Source: Folioceros fuciformis (lineage: Eukaryota). Taken from it: DNA of 53,775 nt. Positions 48,015 through 53,775 of this stretch are shown piece by piece. Made by a program: the position numbers and the translations under genes. A model generated the notes under the pieces. The model made no database searches. It was given only the letters and a program-made list of their open reading frames with translations, and had not been told where the DNA came from. The stretch covers positions 214,166 to 267,940 of the forward strand of contig JBNGIO010006293.1 of assembly GCA_049999805.1 (NCBI GenBank). The letters run 5' to 3'. The stretch's first letter is position 1. Every line of letters starts with the position of its first letter.

Positions 48015-51000
48015 CTACTCACTACCAGATGCCTCATCATCCGTGCCTGCACCTTCTTCTTCTGGTGCTGCAGAAGCACCCCCGGCAGACTTGTATGCTG
48101 CCATCTGTGCCTGGTACCGCTCTTTGCCGAGCTTCGCCTTTGCCTCGTAAGGTTCCCTCTCTTTAGCTGCATGATGAAATCGAGAACCGACGAATCAAGA
48201 GACACGTTACGGCAGAAATGCCACACATCTTTCAAGAACCAGCGGAGAGGGAGCAGTACGGCTGGCAAACCCAAGGCCCTGATATATTTTGTATGCATGT
48301 ACCTGTCATTTTTTTCCATTTGTCACCTAAAATCTTCCCCATCTCTTGGAAAGACGTACTTGGAGTGGTCTTCTTAACAACCTGCACAGCACAGCCCATG
48401 CGTCCCTGTCCTTCAATGCATCCGATAAAGCGCATCAAGCCAGAAGCTCGTTCAGCAGACACTGTGATTTGCTGCTGGCGGTGCCAAAGGGAACGGGGAA
48501 AATCACGCGAGCCAGTACCTCTCGTTGTTCCAGGGAGAACGTCATAAAACTTGTCAGCGGCCGCTTAGGTGCATTTGGATCCTTCTTCTTTCGCTTCTTC
48601 TTCTTGCCGCTGTCTCCATCATCCTCCGCTTTCCTCTTGCTCTTTGCTCCGGGAGCTCGTGGAGTTTCTTCTTTCTTCTTCTTTTCGACCTTCGAGGGCC
48701 TCACCTCCTGCACATGTGATGGTCTAAGTGACATTATGACCTAACTCAGCATGCCTGCAGGTGGCTGGCCAAAAAATGCAGGTAATCACCTCATCCTCCT
48801 CCTCCCTATGACTCGCAGCACTGGCATCAGAGCCATCCTCATCTGAGGCATCCGTTGGAGATCCTGAATCATCCTTCTCTGCCACAAAATCCTCGTCCTG
48901 GAAGGGGAAATAAATCAGCGATCGTCCGCGTACCGGATCCAGATCCATCGTCTAAGCTAAATTCTAAAAAGGACATAGAATTCCAACACCCTGTGATGGG
49001 GCGTTACCTCTTCGTCGCTGTCACCATCCCCAGCTTCCTGGGCATTGCGGATTCGAGTAAGATGAGGGTCTACCCCTTCATCATCAGAGCTTGCCAGGGC
49101 TGCCACCACTCCGCCTGTACCTTGGGTATCTCCCAAATTCAAAATCTTCAGATTTTTCGAGCTGACACAGAGACAAGAGAGTCAAAACAACGTCCACACC
49201 CGGAGCACAGAAATCCCTAACAGTCAAAGTTACGTAGTCACACCTGATGAAATTGAACAGATTGTGGTACTCATTTCGCTGGATGTTGCGAAATTGATGC
49301 TCCTGCTCGCTCTTTAGACGAAGAATTAGATCAAAATAATGTGAGGACATGCCAGTCGCACCAGCAGCTCCATGTCTTTCAAACTCCACATACTCAATCT
49401 GGCCACAAGGTGGTTTATGGGTCAGTGCTGATATGCCAAATGTGGACTCCTGATTGAACACACAAGGATGGATGCCAACCCGGACTCACCTCGTCATGCA
49501 GGACAAGGGTTGGAGGCTTGGGCAAAAAGAAGAAGCTTTTTTCCAGTGGGTACAAAGTCCCTTCCTCTGCTTTGAGAGATGCCCGGACAGAAAACCCTTC
49601 TTGACTACTGCGAAACTTCCCAGGCTTACTGATTTTCGCGCCAGAAAGTCCCCGCAATATTTGGGTAAACACATCGTGCGATTGTCCCTGATACAGGATG
49701 GAAAAGAAAAAGACAAAGGAAACCGCACATCAGCTACTCTACTGGTGTTCAGGGGGACATTTGACCGGCACACGTAAGAAAGTAAAACCTTGTAATTCGA
49801 CTCCAGCCTATCTTTGTACTTTGTGTTGAGAAGTTCCTCAGAAATAGAAAGAGGGCACTCAGTTGTTTCTTCCGTTGGAAACTACAGCAGCATGACATCT
49901 GTAAGTCAGCAGGGTTTGAAGTAAGATGCTAGGTAGCAAACAGAAACAAAGGAAATCAACGCAGAATCCAAAGGAGACAAAACCTGCAAAACTATGTGAG
50001 GATAGAAAGTCTGGCCCTTTCTGATGGGAGGATCCAGAGTAATAACCACAAACGTAAATGGCTGAGTGGACTGTTACAAACCAAAACGGAGCGGTTCAAT
50101 AAAAGCAGGTGTAACAAGAGCCAAACCACGAGAACCTTGTGCAGACACCAGAAGGAAAATGCGGCAGCATGCATACACACTTTTCTCAGGGGTCATCATT
50201 TGGAGTACTTTCCCCATTCTACACTAGCACAACAACAGTACCTTCGGCAGCAAAAACAAACGGACTATACTGCTGTACTGTATCTTGAAGTCATTCGCTC
50301 CTTGAAGTCTCAAAAATGAGATGTGGAACTCAACATTATACTTACCCCTGCCAGTGCCGTGTTCAGGCTATGCTCAAGTCCAGTTTAAAATGTGACAGGC
50401 TAACCTGCTCAGTCAATAACTAATGCCAATCTTTCCAATACAGCAGGGCAACTGGACAACCTACAAGCCACAGAGAAACATACCTGGGGGTTAGAATACC
50501 AACTTCTTCAAACGTGGCGATAGCTTCTGCACCTGATGGTCCCACATCAGCCATTGCCATGATCTTATCATGAAAAACCTAGAACGGGTTGCCCTGTCAG
50601 ATTCCGAAATCCTTATTGCAAACATCACAAACCCATGGATGATGACACGTGTCCGGAAGAATGCCTCCTACCTCTGCGGAGGGACGCTCCTCGTCACCAA
50701 CGTAAGTGGCATTAGTGTTAGGTACATGAAAACTCATCTCCATAAGTGTATCTTTCTGAATAACACACCATGAGGTCAGAGTAGGACGTTCTTGCATCAT
50801 CCCATGATGAGACAATCTGACAGCAAAACACAGCAGCTACCTCGTTTGCCCCTGTGGTGTCATCCACATGAAACTCCAGTACAACGTCATTTTTCCCTGA
50901 TATTTGTGCCTGTGAGACGTCAGCGATCGAGACCTCAAACGCATGTTTATCGCCCACAACAAAAGAAAGCATATTGCCTGCAACACGAGTTACACGAGAT

Positions 51001-51755
51001 TAGTACCACCAAATTACGTACCCAGACCAAAAGAAAGAGTCAGGAATTTGATTGACAGTACCATCAAGCTTCGCTTCTCCCCAATTACGCCCAGCAATTG
51101 CCAGCTGTTTGTTCTCAGGGGTAACATCCAGGTTCGATGCCATGAAATCGTTGAGGCTCTGGACATCCTGCACCATACGTACTCTTTATTACGAACAACC
51201 CAATAGCAGAGGGTAATGCATTTCGACTCTGCACACTCGGAAGTCAGCAAAGAATTGAAAACTACCTGCTCCCGAAATCCATTAAACTTCACGTTTGAGC
51301 CTGCCTTCAACCTCAGACCCAGCTGATACCCTCGAGGTATTCGAGTCCACCACAAACCGGCAAGATCCACTTTGGACACCTCTACAACCTTGCCGCCGCC
51401 TTGCTTCTTCCATATGAAGCCGCCCACATGAATTCTGAGCTGGCCGGGATGCTGCGCACCACAAAAATCCAAACCCTAAGAGAAACACCCAATTCGTCCT
51501 TCAACTGCCTGACAGCGCAACCTTCCCTTCTCACGAAGAGACTCAAGCCAGTGACGGTGTCCAAAATCAGAATCGGGATGCGTACTGCTGGCTACAGAGC
51601 TATCCAATTTACGCTAGGCAAGCCTGGATACACAGTCATACGCCACAAAATCGGCACGCCTCAACTTGAGCAAAAACAAGCCCGTGGCCCCAACACACCT
51701 GACCAGAGCGGCCCCCCAAAAGGATATTGTTGAAGAGCGGCCCTGTATCCCCCAT
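48015..51755 (-). CDS. SSRP1: FACT complex subunit SSRP1
   Basis: Many exons: [16 protein letters not shown] / [70 protein letters not shown], acidic tract, and HMG box [10 protein letters not shown]...LGDKWKKM...ERYQAQM. Confidence 0.95.
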
Positions 51756-52550
51756 GCCGCCTTCCTACAGTCCAGCGTCCAGCATTCTTTTGTTCAAGAC
51801 CGCTGGGTTGCTTGGCTGTGGTGTGTCTTGTCCCCGAGTGCTGGACGTCTCTGATCTTGTAAACTCTCCTCTCTTATCTTTCATTTATCACGCCTTCGGT
51901 CTGTTTACCGTAGTCTCCATGTTTAACGGTAGTGGTACTGTATTTAACAAGCTCAAACTACCCGGAGATAACATTAGATACAGTCTTCCGTTATCACCTA
52001 TTGTTGTAGTGGCGCCTTCGCTGTCAGTGTACGTTGCATAGACTGTGTTTTTCGTTAAAGAAACATTTGTAATTATTTTTATTCAATATTTTTATTTTAT
52101 TTTATTTTAAAATTCGAAGACCCATACTAAGCCTTTTTATATTAAGAAAAGTTATTTTATATTATTAAAAATATAAAAAGTCCCATTGACTCCAATGATA
52201 GGAAGAACAAATCAAGCCATGCTAGAAGCCACTAACCTCTTCAAACATCATTCTCAAAACTATTTATTGCTCCCCTAATGTCATGATGCAAAATAACAAA
52301 AAGCTTATCTACACCTATGCCAAAGAAGTCAGTCACTTGCCTAGCACTTGTTGTTGTTCTAAAGACGACATGTAGGAAGAGCCAAGTTGGTCTCCTCCTC
52401 TCTTATATTTTGGTCTTCTCTCAAACTAAAGACAACATGTAGGAAGAGCCAAGTTGGTCTCCTCGTCTTTTATATTTTGGCCTTCTCTGAAAAGCAGGTA
52501 TCTAATTTTTTTTTCATGGAAGAAAGTTTAGATTATGATAACTTACATTG

Positions 52551-52665
52551 TTCACAAGATTATAAAATGTGTAAGCTTACGTTCACAAGATTATAAAATG
52601 TGTAAGCNNNNNNNNNNTATAAAATGTGTAAGCTTACGTTCACAAGATTATAAAATGTGTAAGCA
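52551..52665. repeat. 31-bp tandem repeat spanning an N gap
   Basis: ttcacaagattataaaatgtgtaagcttacg is repeated; Ns at about 52608-52617. Confidence 0.85.
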
Positions 52666-52914
52666 ATCGACTTGGACCTTTGAGAAAGGCATTCTCATGT
52701 CTGATGGTCTTATTCATGAGTAACCAACACATTATTGACAAAGGAAATTACAAAAGATTTACGAACCAACACTTAGAATACTTTAATTTTACATAAATTC
52801 CTTAATTACTCAACTTAATATTTAAATATATTTATTAGTAATAATCATAATTACAAATCATGCAAAGGTCCATTTTCTCCCTCATCAACTTATCTTGATA
52901 ATTACATATATTTA

Positions 52915-53775
52915 TTAATAAATAATATGAATAGAAAAATCAGGAATAGATCCCGTAGGAAAATCATTGTGAGAGAGCGATACTTGAATACCATGTGGAT
53001 TGTTCTCTTCGGGTGTATTAAACTCTTCGGGGTTGATAAGCTCGAACAATTTCTCTTCGATTGGTTCTTGCTCCTCAAGGCCTGGTTGTCCCTTAAAGTG
53101 TGCTTGTGGATTCTCTTGTCTTCCTTGTTCTTGTGGTGGATTCTCTTGTCTTCCTTGTTCTTGTGGTGCATTCTCTTGTCTTCCTTGTTCTTGTGATCGA
53201 CGTTCGGCAAACCAAGCATTGATTTGAGATTCTGCCAAACGTAGAGATGTCGCTAGAGTTTGTATAGTGCTCATGGAAGGGTAGTTATTCTTAGCAAAAG
53301 ACCTCTCTAAGGAATTGTTAACATTTTCACAAATTTCTTCCCAATTTGCAAGTTCATCTTCCCGTGCATATAAGTCATCGTCGCTTGTCTCCTCTTCATA
53401 TTGGCCCTCTTCGCTTGGCTTCTCTTCATATTGGCCCTCCTTGAGGCCTGGTTGTCCCTCAACGTGTGCTTGTGGATTCTCTTGTCTTCCTTGTTCGTGT
53501 GGTGGACTCTGTTGTCTTCCTTGTTCTTGTGATCGACGTTCAGCAAACCAAGCATTGATTTGAGATTCTGCCAAACGTAGGGATGTCGCTAGAGTTTGTA
53601 TAGTGTTCATGGAAGGATAGTTATTCTTAGCAAAAGACCTCTCTAAGGAATTGTTAACATTTTCACAAATTTCTTCCCAATTTGCAAATTCATCTTCCCG
53701 TGAATATAAGCCATCGTCGCTTGCCTCCTCTTCATATTGGCCCTCCTCGCTTGCCTCCTCTTCATATTGGCCCTC
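52915..53775 (-). CDS. partial ORF of tandem atypical homeodomain repeats (5' end outside window)
   Basis: The frame is open from the window edge to the stop at 52915 (287 codons). It has two near-identical 112-aa units, each with LERSFAKNNYPS..TIQTLATSLRLAESQINAWFAERR, which matches homeodomain helices 1-3. Confidence 0.72.
   Translation of the reverse strand, partial: EGQYEEEASEEGQYEEEASDDGLYSREDEFANWEEICENVNNSLERSFAKNNYPSMNTIQTLATSLRLAESQINAWFAERRSQEQGRQQSPPHEQGRQENPQAHVEGQPGLKEGQYEEKPSEEGQYEEETSDDDLYAREDELANWEEICENVNNSLERSFAKNNYPSMSTIQTLATSLRLAESQINAWFAERRSQEQGRQENAPQEQGRQENPPQEQGRQENPQAHFKGQPGLEEQEPIEEKLFELINPEEFNTPEENNPHGIQVSLSHNDFPTGSIPDFSIHIIY

Noticed and set aside
47584-48319. Short ORFs between BIO2 and the SSRP1 3' end
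   Set aside because: No recognisable motif; they partly overlap the SSRP1 last exon out of frame and are likely UTR.

Overview
Gene-dense eukaryotic (land-plant) nuclear DNA with short GT-AG introns, GC-rich genes and AT-rich repeat islands between gene clusters. The long-L-motif, 'SWW'-type PLS PPR gene and the compact architecture suggest a hornwort or similar seed-free plant; this is an inference. Recognisable genes in order: AHL/HAL2-like PAP phosphatase (-), acidic Claspin/Mrc1-like protein (-), plastid EF-G (+), NAT9-like GNAT (-), CER1/CER3-family wax enzyme (-), tRNA-Ile(UAU) (+), divergent N-terminally short SPK1/DOCK-like protein (+), SAC9 (-), clathrin light chain (+), PLS-E+ PPR protein (+), biotin synthase (+), SSRP1 (-), and a partial ORF made of tandem atypical homeodomains (-). 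Most interesting: (1) the CER gene appears to join a CER1-type His-box domain to a CER3-type reductase domain, a candidate single-chain alkane-forming enzyme; (2) the DOCK paralogue has lost its catalytic 'VNxG' nucleotide-sensor motif; (3) a 336-bp tandem array of non-canonical homeodomains; (4) a probable plant Claspin. All family comparisons are from recalled motifs, not database searches.
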